64,000 nt of DNA from Longimicrobiales bacterium (GTDB lineage: Bacteria; Gemmatimonadota; Gemmatimonadetes; Longimicrobiales; Gaopeijiaceae): NCBI GenBank assembly GCA_965197725.1, contig CBDANQ010000017.1:1-64000 (forward strand), written 5' to 3'. Each line of letters starts with the position of its first letter. Positions within the stretch are counted from its first letter, which is position 1. Shown one piece after another: positions 50,815 through 60,300 of this stretch. The notes beneath the pieces were generated by a model, which was not told the origin of the DNA, did not search any database, and saw only the letters and a program-made list of their open reading frames with translations. The translations under genes were made by a program, and so were the position numbers.

Positions 50815-51368
50815 CCCGATTCCAGCGCTGGTTCCTGTACGGCTCGACGGCCGCGACCGCCGCGAGTGGCATCGCATACTTCGCCATGAAGCGCTTGCTC
50901 GAGCCCTCGGACCCGTGGGCAGTGATCAGCCACCCGCTGGAGCCCTGGGCACTCAAGGCACACATCCTCAGCGCACCACTGATGCTCTTCGCCGTGGGTC
51001 TGATCACGACACAACACATCTGGCGGAGCCTCAAGTCCAGCCTCCCGACCGGACGGCGCAGCGGCCAGCTCGCGTCGTATGTCCTCGGACCGCTCGTGCT
51101 GAGCGGATACCTGATCCAGGCGCTGACGTCGCCGCTGACGCTCGAGGTGCTCGCCTGGACGCACCTGGTGCTCGGGGTCATCGGCGCGGGGGCGATCGGC
51201 GTTCACCGGGAGGCGCTTCACGGGCATCGGAGACAGCGGAAGGGAGCGCTGCCCGTGCTGCAGCTTCCCCCCCAGCTGGAATCGCCGGAGACCGACCGCG
51301 TTAGTACTCCATTGGGGGGCGGCGCAGGTGCCAGTCGGTCTCGGACTGAAACGCCTGCGCGACGTTGA
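50811..51368 (+). CDS. Four-TM His-containing membrane protein (DUF4405/cytochrome b-like)
   Basis: Hydrophobic helices with KAH, QH, WTH and GVH. ATGA-coupled to the FMN-binding gene. Confidence 0.65.
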   Translation: MTRFQRWFLYGSTAATAASGIAYFAMKRLLEPSDPWAVISHPLEPWALKAHILSAPLMLFAVGLITTQHIWRSLKSSLPTGRRSGQLASYVLGPLVLSGYLIQALTSPLTLEVLAWTHLVLGVIGAGAIGVHREALHGHRRQRKGALPVLQLPPQLESPETDRVSTPLGGGAGASRSRTETPARR

Positions 51369-52938
51369 GGATCTTATCGTCGGCGAAGAGGTCCCCCACG
51401 ATCGTCGTCGTTAGCGGCATCGTCGTCGGGCTGTCCGCGTCGGGATTCCGAACACCGAAGTCATACGGCACGATCACGGCCGGATGGCCGGTATCGTTGG
51501 TGAGACCGACCGCCCCGGAGCCGCTCACGAACATGTCGAAACCGTCCATCGCCTCGGCCATCTCCTGCATGAGGATGAGCCGGCGACGCTGGCCGTTGAT
51601 GTAGTCGAGGGCGCGTATGTCCCGTCCACGGCGGAATCGACCGCGCCGGCGCAGCTCGGCAGGTTCGAGGTCTTGGGGCAGCGGCTCGGGCTCCACGCCA
51701 TCCGGGGCGATGTGATAGTCGAACGCCGCCGCTGACTCGGCGCCGAGCTGGTTCATTCTGGCGCTCGGTAGCTCGTTCATCTCTCTGAGGTCGGCGCCGA
51801 GGTCGGACAGCTTCTCGAGGAATGCCTCTGGCGCGTCCTCGTCGAAGGCGATGCGCACGGTGCTCAGGTCCACTCTCCGGTCGTAGACGAAGGGCGCGGT
51901 TATCGTCGTGGGATCTTTCTCGCTCGCGCCGTGGATGGCGTTGAAGACCAAGGCGCAATCCTCAATGGAACGGCACATCGGCCCCGTCTTGTCCATGCTC
52001 CACGAGAGCACCATGGCGCCGTAGCGCGTGACCCTACCGAAGGTTGGCCGCAGCGCGCTCAACCCGTTGCGCCGTGAGGGTGAAACGATCGAGCCACGCG
52101 TCTCAGTACCGATGCCGAACGCGACGCACGCGGCGGCGGTCGCCGAACCTGGACCGGCCGAGGAACCGCTCGAGCCTTCCTCGATGTTCCAGGGGTTCTT
52201 GGTGCGACCGCGGTACCAACGATCGCCCTGCGCGAGCTCACCCGTGGCGAGCTTGGCGATCAGCACTGCACCGGCCTCTCTCAGCCGCACCACGAGCTCA
52301 GCGTCTTCCTCGATGACCTGGTGCTGGAACTCGGCGGAGCCCCACGTCGTGCGAGCACCGGTAACGGAGAATAGATCTTTAACGCCGTACGGAATGCCGT
52401 GCAGCGGTCCACGCCAGTTGCCCTGACGAAGATCGGCATCGGCCTGCTGCGCTGCCTCGCGGGCACGATCTTCTAGGATCGAGACCGCGCACAGGAGGAC
52501 CGGATCGTAGCGATTGATGCGCTCGAGATAGATCTCGGTGAGATCGACCGACGAGATGTAACCATCCCGAACGAGCGCGGACAACCGATTCACAGGCTGG
52601 AACGCCAGGTCCTCCTCGTTGCTCGGGACCGGACCGGCCCACGCCGGAATGTCGATTGGCGTGCGCTCGAACATCGCGGGGCCGTGCTCCCGCCACAGCT
52701 TCTCCATGAGCGAGCCGGTTCCGCCCGGATACGCCTGGAAGACGACGGCGGGGTGTTCGCCCTGGCCCAGCGGTTCAGGAGGGGGGCCCTGCTGTTGCTG
52801 TCGCAGGATTGCGGCGGCGAGCGCGGGCTCGGATGCCGCGAGAGACACAGGGTCGATCGCGCCGGCTGCGGCGGCTGCGGCGGCCACTCTCAGGAAGTCG
52901 CGGCGTCGCATGTCCCCGCCGGTGCCGTTCGCGCTCAT
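51301..52938 (-). CDS. Tat-exported amidase-signature enzyme
   Basis: MRRRDFL Tat motif, LHGIPYGVKD, GSSGSSAG, GTETRGSIVSP. Confidence 0.9.
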   Translation of the reverse strand: MSANGTGGDMRRRDFLRVAAAAAAAGAIDPVSLAASEPALAAAILRQQQQGPPPEPLGQGEHPAVVFQAYPGGTGSLMEKLWREHGPAMFERTPIDIPAWAGPVPSNEEDLAFQPVNRLSALVRDGYISSVDLTEIYLERINRYDPVLLCAVSILEDRAREAAQQADADLRQGNWRGPLHGIPYGVKDLFSVTGARTTWGSAEFQHQVIEEDAELVVRLREAGAVLIAKLATGELAQGDRWYRGRTKNPWNIEEGSSGSSAGPGSATAAACVAFGIGTETRGSIVSPSRRNGLSALRPTFGRVTRYGAMVLSWSMDKTGPMCRSIEDCALVFNAIHGASEKDPTTITAPFVYDRRVDLSTVRIAFDEDAPEAFLEKLSDLGADLREMNELPSARMNQLGAESAAAFDYHIAPDGVEPEPLPQDLEPAELRRRGRFRRGRDIRALDYINGQRRRLILMQEMAEAMDGFDMFVSGSGAVGLTNDTGHPAVIVPYDFGVRNPDADSPTTMPLTTTIVGDLFADDKILNVAQAFQSETDWHLRRPPMEY

Positions 52939-53151
52939 GTGCCTGCTCCTCCGTCCTGTGAAGTCGGCCGCGTTCGCACGGTCGAATACTCGATCCCCGC
53001 CGTCGAGGAACCGGTCGAGAAGCGTGAGCGCCTCAACCTTGGAGCCAGCCAACGAGCCTTTGTGCACCACAGGCGCGAATCCGGGACCGCGGGCCCCGGG
53101 AAGGGCAGCATGCGTCCGATGTTCAGCGCTGGCAAGCCGTAGCGGAGCGCC

Positions 53152-53953
53152 TCACGATCCCTTCGTGGGGACGAAGGCGACGATGCGAAGTGGACCCCCG
53201 CTGCCGCCCTCGATCTTCATGGGGAGTGCGACGACAGGCAGCGCTTCCAGGTTCGCAACGTTCTCGAAGCCGGCGACGTTCTCGGCATACAGGATCACGT
53301 GCGTCCGGAAGTCGGCAGACTGGCCGTAGTCGATACTCGGCGTGTCGATTCCCACCGCAACGATGCCCCGGTTAGCAACCAACCAGCTGGCCGCCTCCCC
53401 ACCAATGCCTGGAAAGTGCAACTCGGGTACCGCCTCGGGACCGACGATGTCGGTCCCGAGGTAGGCGGTCCGGTCCGTCCAACGGGCTCCCCAACCCGTG
53501 CGCACGAGCAGTATGCCTCCGTCCGGCAACACTCCGTGCTCGTCCTCCCACGTGGTCAGATCGTCGACCGTGAGCAGGTAGTCCGGCGTCGCGTGCTCCG
53601 ACACGTCCACGACCGCCGCCGGCCCGATCAACCCGGTCAGCGGAATCCGGTCCGCGGTGAGCCGCCCTTCCGCAAAGTGGATAGGCGCGTCGAGATGCTT
53701 GCCTCCGTGCTCCACCGATGAGAACGCGTACGACGCGTAGAACCAGCCACCCTCCACGGACACCGTACGACTGCTCGTCGAGCTGGAACCCGGCGGTATC
53801 GGTCGGCCAATAGATCGTCGACTCGGAAAACGAGTGCGTGAGGTCGACCCAGCGGCCGCCGGTGCCATCGAAGACCGGAGAGAAGTCGGAGGAGCCCCCT
53901 GCGGCCTCACAGGCGGCGAGTCCAAATAGAGCAAGGACCCGAAACGCACTCAT
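53152..53953 (-). pseudogene. Cyclase/KynB-family metal hydrolase lipoprotein, frameshifted near 53758
   Basis: Lipobox LAAC and VDLTH..IYWP in one frame. EHGGKHLDAP.HF, GIDTPSID, EN and GGSGGPLR in another. Confidence 0.85.
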
Positions 53954-54014
53954 CCGCCTGCCACCTCCATCAGCAGTACGGCGAGGGTTCTACGCATGTG
54001 GAGCTCCAAGCCTT

Positions 54015-55003
54015 TTAAAGCGAGAAGGAGAAAGAGGCTCCGTTACCCGGGTCGCCTTCTGCCCAGATGTCTCCCCCGTGACGGCGGGCGATGCGTGAGG
54101 CGGTCGCGAGCCCGAGCCCGGTTCCCGCGAACTCCTCGTCGGTATGCAGCCGTTCGAACGCCTCGAAGATCCGTTCGCGGTGCACGTTGTCGAACCCGAT
54201 CCCGTTGTCCTTGATGTGGAAGACGTTCCGAACTGCCCCGCGCTCTGTGGTCATTTCGATGATCGCACGCTCCTCCCGGGCGGTGTATTTCCACGCGTTC
54301 TGCAAGAGGTGCACGAGGAGAAGGCGAACCATCGCGGGGTCTCCGTACGCCCGTAGGTCGGCGCGAACCGTGAAGGTGACGTCGCGGTCGGGTGCGAGCG
54401 CCGCGAGCTCGTCCATGATCTTCCGGGCCATCGCCGAGATATCCACCTCTTCGGCGAATATCTCCCGACGGGTCACGTCCGCGAGGTCTCGAAGGTCGTC
54501 GATGATGTGCTTCGCCCGCAGGCCCGAATTGCGTATCCGGCGCAGGAGATCCTCTTGTTGATCGGTGAGCGGTCCGACGTCCTTGTGGAGCAAGACCTGG
54601 CTAAACTGGGAGATGCTGATCAGCGGTTCCTTGAGGTCGTGTGAGACCGTCGAACTGAACACCTCGAGTTCCTTGTTCGCTTTAGCGAGCTCCTCGTTGG
54701 CGACCTCGAGTTCCGAGACGCGGGCCTCCAACTCTTGGTTGAGCACGCTGATCCGGTCTTCGGCCGCTCGTGGTTCGGAGATGTCCTCGATCATCGCCGG
54801 CCCGGCAGCGGTTTCCCCGAGGTCGTTTCGGATGTAGGTGGCCGTGGGTCTACCAGGAGATCGCAGAAGCGTTGGTTCACCCGCTGGAAGCGGAAGTCCG
54901 GCCCAACCGTAGCTAGCGCCAGCGGACCCATCTCAAAGACCCGATCGAATACCTGATCGATCTCTCGAAGAGCCGCGACGCCATTGCGTGAGTTCTCCGT
55001 CAT
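54015..55003 (-). pseudogene. PAS sensor histidine kinase with an internal PAS deletion and frameshift; kinase core intact at 54015-54794
   Basis: PAS start RFQRVNQRFCDLL is joined out of frame to the PAS end TATYIRNDLGE..MIEDI. Then SHDLKEPL, NAWKY, DNGIG, FERL, GTGLGLA. Confidence 0.8.
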
Positions 55004-55124
55004 GACACACCCTGGGGAGCGCGTTCCTTACTGTTCGAGTGTCGCGTGTAGAGCCCGTCCGCGAAAGTTGAGATTCCGGGTCCGTCTGCCTGCACCGGCT
55101 CGAGGAGGTCTGTCGGAGGGGCGG

Positions 55125-55520
55125 CTAAGCCCGTTCTCTCTCGGCACGGGCCGTGTCGCTGATCTCGGCGAGCAGCTCGTTGAGCCTCCGCTCGATTCCG
55201 CCCGCGAGCCTCTTCGCTTCCTCCGGCTCCAGCTTTCCGCTCGCCATGAGGTGGCAGGTCGTGTAGAAGTCTCGGAAGTGCTTGAGCAACTCTTCGAGGT
55301 GGCCGCGCACCACGACGTCTGCGCGACGGTCGGCGGCGCCCACCCTCGACGAATTCTTACCGCTTCCTACGGCACCTCCGACGAGCGCCCGCTGCGCGAG
55401 CAGCAGCGCGGGAAGAAGGCCCAGACCAACCCGCACCCATCGGTCATCGACCAGCACGATCGCAAACGCCATGACCGCCAGCATGAAAAAGACCGTCGGT
55501 TTGTCGTTCTGCGGTTCCAT
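55125..55520 (-). CDS. Hypothetical two-TM membrane protein
   Basis: Two N-terminal hydrophobic helices, a helical C-terminus and GAGG upstream. Confidence 0.7.
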   Translation of the reverse strand: MEPQNDKPTVFFMLAVMAFAIVLVDDRWVRVGLGLLPALLLAQRALVGGAVGSGKNSSRVGAADRRADVVVRGHLEELLKHFRDFYTTCHLMASGKLEPEEAKRLAGGIERRLNELLAEISDTARAERERA

Positions 55521-55591
55521 GGGTCAGCCTCAAGTCTGAGTGGCGAGGAAAACAGGGTCGCATGCCGAGCGTCCGTTGCCGACCCCTAATA

Positions 55592-56824
55592 TTACTGCTT
55601 TCCCTGGAACGCCTCCAAGAGTCCGAGTACGTGGTCGATGTCAGCCTCCGTGTGGTCCGCGTTAATCTGGGTGCGGATCTCTTCGTCTCCCCGGGGCACC
55701 ACCGGGTACGTCAAACCGGTAGCGAGGACCCCGTTGTCGTACAGGTACTGGACGAGATCTCGCGTCTTCTGAGTGTCACGGACCATGAGCGGAACAACCG
55801 GATGCTCGCCCGGGATCGTCTCGATCCCGATCCGGCCCAGCCCGTCCTCGAAGCGTTTCGTCAACGACCGCAAGCGCTCGAGTAGTGCGACACCCTCATC
55901 ACTGTCGACGATTTCGAGAGAACGAAGCGCCGCGGCCGCTTCGCCCACCGTGATCGGGTTCGAGTAGATGTACATCTGCGAGGATTCCCGTAGAAACTGG
56001 ATCGTCGCCGCGTTTGCCGTCACGTAGCCGCCGTTCACTCCGAACGCTTTGCCGAGCGTGCCCACGAGGATGTCGACGGGAGCGCTGCCCGTGTGCTCCT
56101 CCGCTCCCCGGCCCGTGCGCCCGAAGGAGCCGACCCCGTGAGAGTCGTCGACGATGCTCACGACGTTCTCCTCGTAGTCCGCGTCATGGCGGACACACGC
56201 ATCCATGATCCGGTCTACGGGCGCGTGGTCGCCACGCATCGAGAAGACGCCGTCGGTCACGACGAGCGCCCGCTTCGCCCTTCCCTTCCAGTCCTGGAGC
56301 GCAGCGTCGAGCGCCGCGACGTCATTGTGCGAGTAGATCGCCTTGCCCGCCGGCCGACTCAGCCGCATCGCGTTGATGATGCAGTTGTGGTTGAGCTCGT
56401 CCGAGATCAGAACGGTCTCGGGCGTGACGAGGGGCGTCAGCGTGGAGACCACCGTGGCGTAGGCGGACGAGAAGATCATCGCCGCGTCCCGCGTGTGGAA
56501 GTCGGCGAGCTTCGCCTCAAGCGCTACGTGGGCTTGATACGTGCCGGAGATGAAGCGGACCGCCCCGGGGCCCGCCCCAAAATTTCGCGTTGCCTCTTCC
56601 TCGGCCGCGATGACCTCAGGCCGGAGACCCATGCCGAGATAAGAGTTGGAGTTGAGGCGGATGAACTCCTTGTCGCCCTCGCCCTGCAGGTGGACGCGCG
56701 GGCCACGATCAGCCTGTGCCGGCTTCACGGCGACCACGACGGTCTCCGTTCCCTTTGCGGTGCCCGTCCGCTCCAGGCTGGTGACGTGCGCATTCAGAAG
56801 GGTGCTCAGTCGATCGACAGGCAT
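55592..56824 (-). CDS. kbl: Glycine C-acetyltransferase (2-amino-3-ketobutyrate CoA ligase)
   Basis: NSYLG, AVRFISGT, SDELNH, TDGVFSM, DDSHG, GTLGKA. Adjacent to tdh. Confidence 0.9.
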   Translation of the reverse strand: MPVDRLSTLLNAHVTSLERTGTAKGTETVVVAVKPAQADRGPRVHLQGEGDKEFIRLNSNSYLGMGLRPEVIAAEEEATRNFGAGPGAVRFISGTYQAHVALEAKLADFHTRDAAMIFSSAYATVVSTLTPLVTPETVLISDELNHNCIINAMRLSRPAGKAIYSHNDVAALDAALQDWKGRAKRALVVTDGVFSMRGDHAPVDRIMDACVRHDADYEENVVSIVDDSHGVGSFGRTGRGAEEHTGSAPVDILVGTLGKAFGVNGGYVTANAATIQFLRESSQMYIYSNPITVGEAAAALRSLEIVDSDEGVALLERLRSLTKRFEDGLGRIGIETIPGEHPVVPLMVRDTQKTRDLVQYLYDNGVLATGLTYPVVPRGDEEIRTQINADHTEADIDHVLGLLEAFQGKQ

Positions 56825-56828
56825 GGCT

Positions 56829-57770
56829 TCACTCTTCTCTCAGCTGCATGAGCATGTCTCGGGTCGTCGCCGCGACGTCGAAGGCCGGCTCCCAGCCCCA
56901 CTCCCGTCGAGCGGCTGAGTCGTCGACACGGTCAGGCCACGACTCCGCGATCGACTGCCGAACCGGATCGATGTCGTAGTCGATGGTGAAGTCGGGCAGG
57001 TGCTTCCGGATCGCGGCGGCCAGCGTTTCAGGTGCCAGTTGCATGGCCGTCACGTTGAACGCATTGCGGTGGGTGAAGTTCGTCGCATCGGCCTCCATGA
57101 TGCCGATCGCCGCGCTCACCGCGTCTGGCATGTACATCATGTCGAGCTGGCTGTCGGGCCCGAGGAAACAAGTGTACTGCCCATGCGCGACGGCCTCATG
57201 GAAAATGTCGACCGCCCAGTCGGTCGTGCCCCCACCGGGCGGCGCACCGTACGAGATCAACCCGGGATACCGAACGCCGCGCGTGTCCACTCCGAAGCGC
57301 TGGTGGTAGTAGTCGCACAGAAGTTCACCGGCCACCTTGGTGATCCCGTAGATCGTGGCCGGCCGCATGAGCGTATCCTGCGGCGTTCGGTCCTTGGGCG
57401 TGTCCGGCCCGAACACCCCGATCGAGCTCGGCGTGAACACCGCGCATTTCTGTTCGCGGGCCACGTGGAGAACCGATTCCAGGCTAGCCATGTTCACGTG
57501 CCAGGCGAGGCGTGGGTCCCGCTCTCCCACGGCGGAAAGGATTGCCGCGAGGTGGTACACCGTGTCCGCGTCGTGGCGCATCACAGCCTGGCCGACTGCC
57601 CTGGCATCCGTGGTATCGAGCAACTGAAAAGGGCCGGACTCCGTGATCTCCGAACCGAGGTGGCGCACGTCGGTGGCGAGGACCCTGGAGGCCCCGTACC
57701 GCTCACGGAGGACTGGCAATAGCCACGAACCGATCTGCCCGCCGGCGCCGGTCACGAGGATTCGATTCAC
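56829..57770 (-). CDS. tdh: SDR-type L-threonine 3-dehydrogenase
   Basis: GAGGQIG, HLAAILSAVGE, PSSI, YGITK, PGGGTTD, MMYMPD, RQSIAESWP. Confidence 0.9.
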   Translation of the reverse strand: MNRILVTGAGGQIGSWLLPVLRERYGASRVLATDVRHLGSEITESGPFQLLDTTDARAVGQAVMRHDADTVYHLAAILSAVGERDPRLAWHVNMASLESVLHVAREQKCAVFTPSSIGVFGPDTPKDRTPQDTLMRPATIYGITKVAGELLCDYYHQRFGVDTRGVRYPGLISYGAPPGGGTTDWAVDIFHEAVAHGQYTCFLGPDSQLDMMYMPDAVSAAIGIMEADATNFTHRNAFNVTAMQLAPETLAAAIRKHLPDFTIDYDIDPVRQSIAESWPDRVDDSAARREWGWEPAFDVAATTRDMLMQLREE

Positions 57771-57889
57771 GTCGCGGAGGCCTTGCTCATGAGGTCATGT
57801 CACTCCTCTTCGGTCTGTCGCGGAGCGCCATTGTCGCGCGGGGGTGGGGAGGAATCAAGCGGGCACGGACGGACCCTCGAAATCTGGGC

Positions 57890-57915
57890 GTTACCTTCTC
57901 GCGACTTCGACCGTC
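57890..57915 (+). promoter_or_regulatory. Candidate ECF sigma promoter
   Basis: GTTACC-N16-CGTC, close to the ECF AAC/CGT-type pattern, about 55 nt before the first gene of the ECF locus. Confidence 0.55.
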
Positions 57916-57968
57916 TTGTCTCTGACGCCCACCCAACAACAGAGCGTCCAACCCTACGGAGACAAGAC

Positions 57969-59054
57969 ATGAAGACCCTGAAACGCAACCCGACGCTGGC
58001 CTTCCTCGGCATCTTGGCCGTGGCCGCGTGTGAGGATGGCACGCCCACGGCACCGATCGTGGACGAACTGTTCACCCTGGACGAGACGATCGAACTGGAG
58101 GTGCTCGCGAGCAAGGCGAATATCGCCGTCGCGCTAGAGCTCGCCGACGCGAGTAACAACGTCGCCAGTAGCCGCGGAGACGTTCGCGCCCAGGACGGTC
58201 GGGACTTCCACGACCGCGCGCGGCTGCGCTTCACAGACGCACAAGACGATCTGGCGCGCGGCAATCGTCGGGCGGCGCTCGACAAGGCCCGGGACGCTCG
58301 GCGGCTCGTCGTGCGCGCGATCGAGGCCACGGGAGGCGGTCGTGCCGTCGCCGCTATGGTCGAGAGGCTGGAGGCCACCGCTTCCACGATCGGCGAGGAT
58401 GTCGACTCCTTCGACAATCCGACTGACGTGGCGAGCGAGCTCAATCGGCTGGCGGTCTCGGCTCGCGACGCGCTCTCGCGCGGTGACACCACGCGTGCCG
58501 GCGAGCGCGTGATCTTCGGTGATCAGCGCACGCATGACCGCCGAGCCAACGACCGAAGCGGCCGTGACCGCAGAGGCCACGACCGGGGGAGTGACGTAGG
58601 CCCGCGCCGCGCGGAGCTCGCCATCGAGCTGGGCGCGACGGCGGTCGCGCTCGCTGAGCGGCTCTTGGAGAACGACGTCATCAACGACGTACGATCGAGG
58701 TTTCTCGCGACCGCTCACGAACTGCTCAAGAAGGCCCGAGCCGCGTACGCCGAGGGCCACTATGGCCGCGCTGTGCACTTCGCGGAGGCCGCAAGCTGGG
58801 CGGCGCTCAAGCCAGTGGTCCTCCCGGGCGGCATCACCGAAGAGGAGATGCGCGCGATGATCGACCTGGCGAACTCGCTCCACGAGGAGGCCCGAGCCGC
58901 GCTCGGCGACGCTCCGACCGAGATGCAGATCGCGATGTTCGAGCGGGCTGGACGGCTCATCGAGCTCGGCGAGAAGATGGTCGCGGAAGGCAAGCAAAGA
59001 GGCGTGGGACCCCTGTGGAGGGGTGCCGTGATCTCGAGTTGGCTGATCGGCTGA
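57969..59054 (+). CDS. Alpha-helical lipoprotein of unknown function
   Basis: MKTLKRNPTLAFLGILAVAAC lipobox, SD GGAG, Ala/Arg/Glu-rich helices and a DR-rich linker. Confidence 0.8.
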   Translation: MKTLKRNPTLAFLGILAVAACEDGTPTAPIVDELFTLDETIELEVLASKANIAVALELADASNNVASSRGDVRAQDGRDFHDRARLRFTDAQDDLARGNRRAALDKARDARRLVVRAIEATGGGRAVAAMVERLEATASTIGEDVDSFDNPTDVASELNRLAVSARDALSRGDTTRAGERVIFGDQRTHDRRANDRSGRDRRGHDRGSDVGPRRAELAIELGATAVALAERLLENDVINDVRSRFLATAHELLKKARAAYAEGHYGRAVHFAEAASWAALKPVVLPGGITEEEMRAMIDLANSLHEEARAALGDAPTEMQIAMFERAGRLIELGEKMVAEGKQRGVGPLWRGAVISSWLIG

Positions 59055-59115
59055 CGATTGGGTTCGGGCGTCGTCCCCGCTGGGGGGGCGGCGCCTGTCC
59101 CGATATCTTCCGTCC

Positions 59116-59667
59116 ATGGTGTCACCTGTGGAACGAACCGATGCGCAGGTCGTCCGCGATGTCTTGGCCGGAGACCGCGACGCTTATCGGCTCTTGGTGC
59201 GCAGGTACGGGGACGTGCTCTACGGCCACGCACTGCGGATGGCGGCGAGTCAGGACGACGCGGCCGACCTCGTGCAGCGTGCCCTGGTGCAGGGTTTCCA
59301 GAAACTCCGGACGTGTCGCGATGCCGACCGCGTCGGGGCCTGGCTCTTCCGCATCCTGGCCAACCTCTGCAAGGACCACATCCGTAGCCCGCGGCGCAGT
59401 GACATTTCCCTCACCGCCATGGCGGGCGTGCTTCGCGGCCGCTCCGACCCGGCATCGGATGCGGAGGGAGCGGAGGTGCGGAGCCGCGTGTGGGGTGCGC
59501 TCGACGCGCTCACGCCGGAGCAGCGTGAAGCGTTCGTGCTCAAGCACGTCGAGGGCCGGTCGTACGAGGAGATCGCTGCGGTGATGGACCTCTCGGTAGC
59601 AGCGCTGAAGATGAGGGTACACCGCGCACGCCAGGCGCTGCGCGGACTCTTGGAGGAATTCGCATGA
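59116..59667 (+). CDS. ECF-type RNA polymerase sigma factor
   Basis: DAADLVQ, AWLFRILANLC, LTPEQREAFVL, SYEEIA, KMRVHRAR. Confidence 0.95.
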   Translation: MVSPVERTDAQVVRDVLAGDRDAYRLLVRRYGDVLYGHALRMAASQDDAADLVQRALVQGFQKLRTCRDADRVGAWLFRILANLCKDHIRSPRRSDISLTAMAGVLRGRSDPASDAEGAEVRSRVWGALDALTPEQREAFVLKHVEGRSYEEIAAVMDLSVAALKMRVHRARQALRGLLEEFA

Positions 59668-60299
59668 CTGACGACCTGGATCGCTACCTCGACGGTGAGG
59701 TCGGAGCCGACGCGCTCGGTGCCACGTCCCGCGCCGATGCGGAAGCGTGGAACCGAATGGTCGAGTCCTTCCGCACTACCGCACCACGTGCGGTGGCGCC
59801 GGCCTGGCTCGAGCAAAAGGTCATGGGCGACATCGAAGCGCTGCCTCGCCCAGGGGCGTTGGCAAGAGCATTCGAGTGGCTCATGAACCCGACGCCCGTG
59901 CGCGTGTCGCCCCTCGCGACGGCGCTGGTGCTCGCGGCGTTCGCCGTCGTGCTCCTACTGCCCCAGGCCACGCCTGAGGTCGCTCGCCAAACGCCAGGCG
60001 TTGCGACGGCTGCCGGGGGCGCCGAACCCGTCGTATACGTCCAGTTCGTGCTGGAGGCTCCGGGGGCCACGTCGGTGTCGCTCGCCGGTGACTTCTCGGA
60101 TTGGGAGGCGTCGGTCACGCTTGCCGATCAAAACGAGGACGGCCTCTGGACTGCGCGTGTCCCCGTACGCCCCGGTGTTTACGGGTACATGTTCCTGATC
60201 GACGGAACTGAATGGCAGACCGATCCTCGGGCCGACCGCTACCAAGACGACGGTTTCGGCAACCGCAACGCGGTGCTCGCCGTTGCCGCGAGCGAGTAG
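59664..60299 (+). CDS. Putative anti-sigma factor with a TM helix and a C-terminal CBM48/AMPK glycogen-binding-like domain
   Basis: ATGA-coupled to the sigma gene. LDRYLDGE, TM, then APGATSVSLAGDFSDW...GLW...PGVYGYMFLIDG..W..DP...DDGFGNRNAVL. Confidence 0.85.
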   Translation: MTDDLDRYLDGEVGADALGATSRADAEAWNRMVESFRTTAPRAVAPAWLEQKVMGDIEALPRPGALARAFEWLMNPTPVRVSPLATALVLAAFAVVLLLPQATPEVARQTPGVATAAGGAEPVVYVQFVLEAPGATSVSLAGDFSDWEASVTLADQNEDGLWTARVPVRPGVYGYMFLIDGTEWQTDPRADRYQDDGFGNRNAVLAVAASE

Positions 60300-60300
60300 G

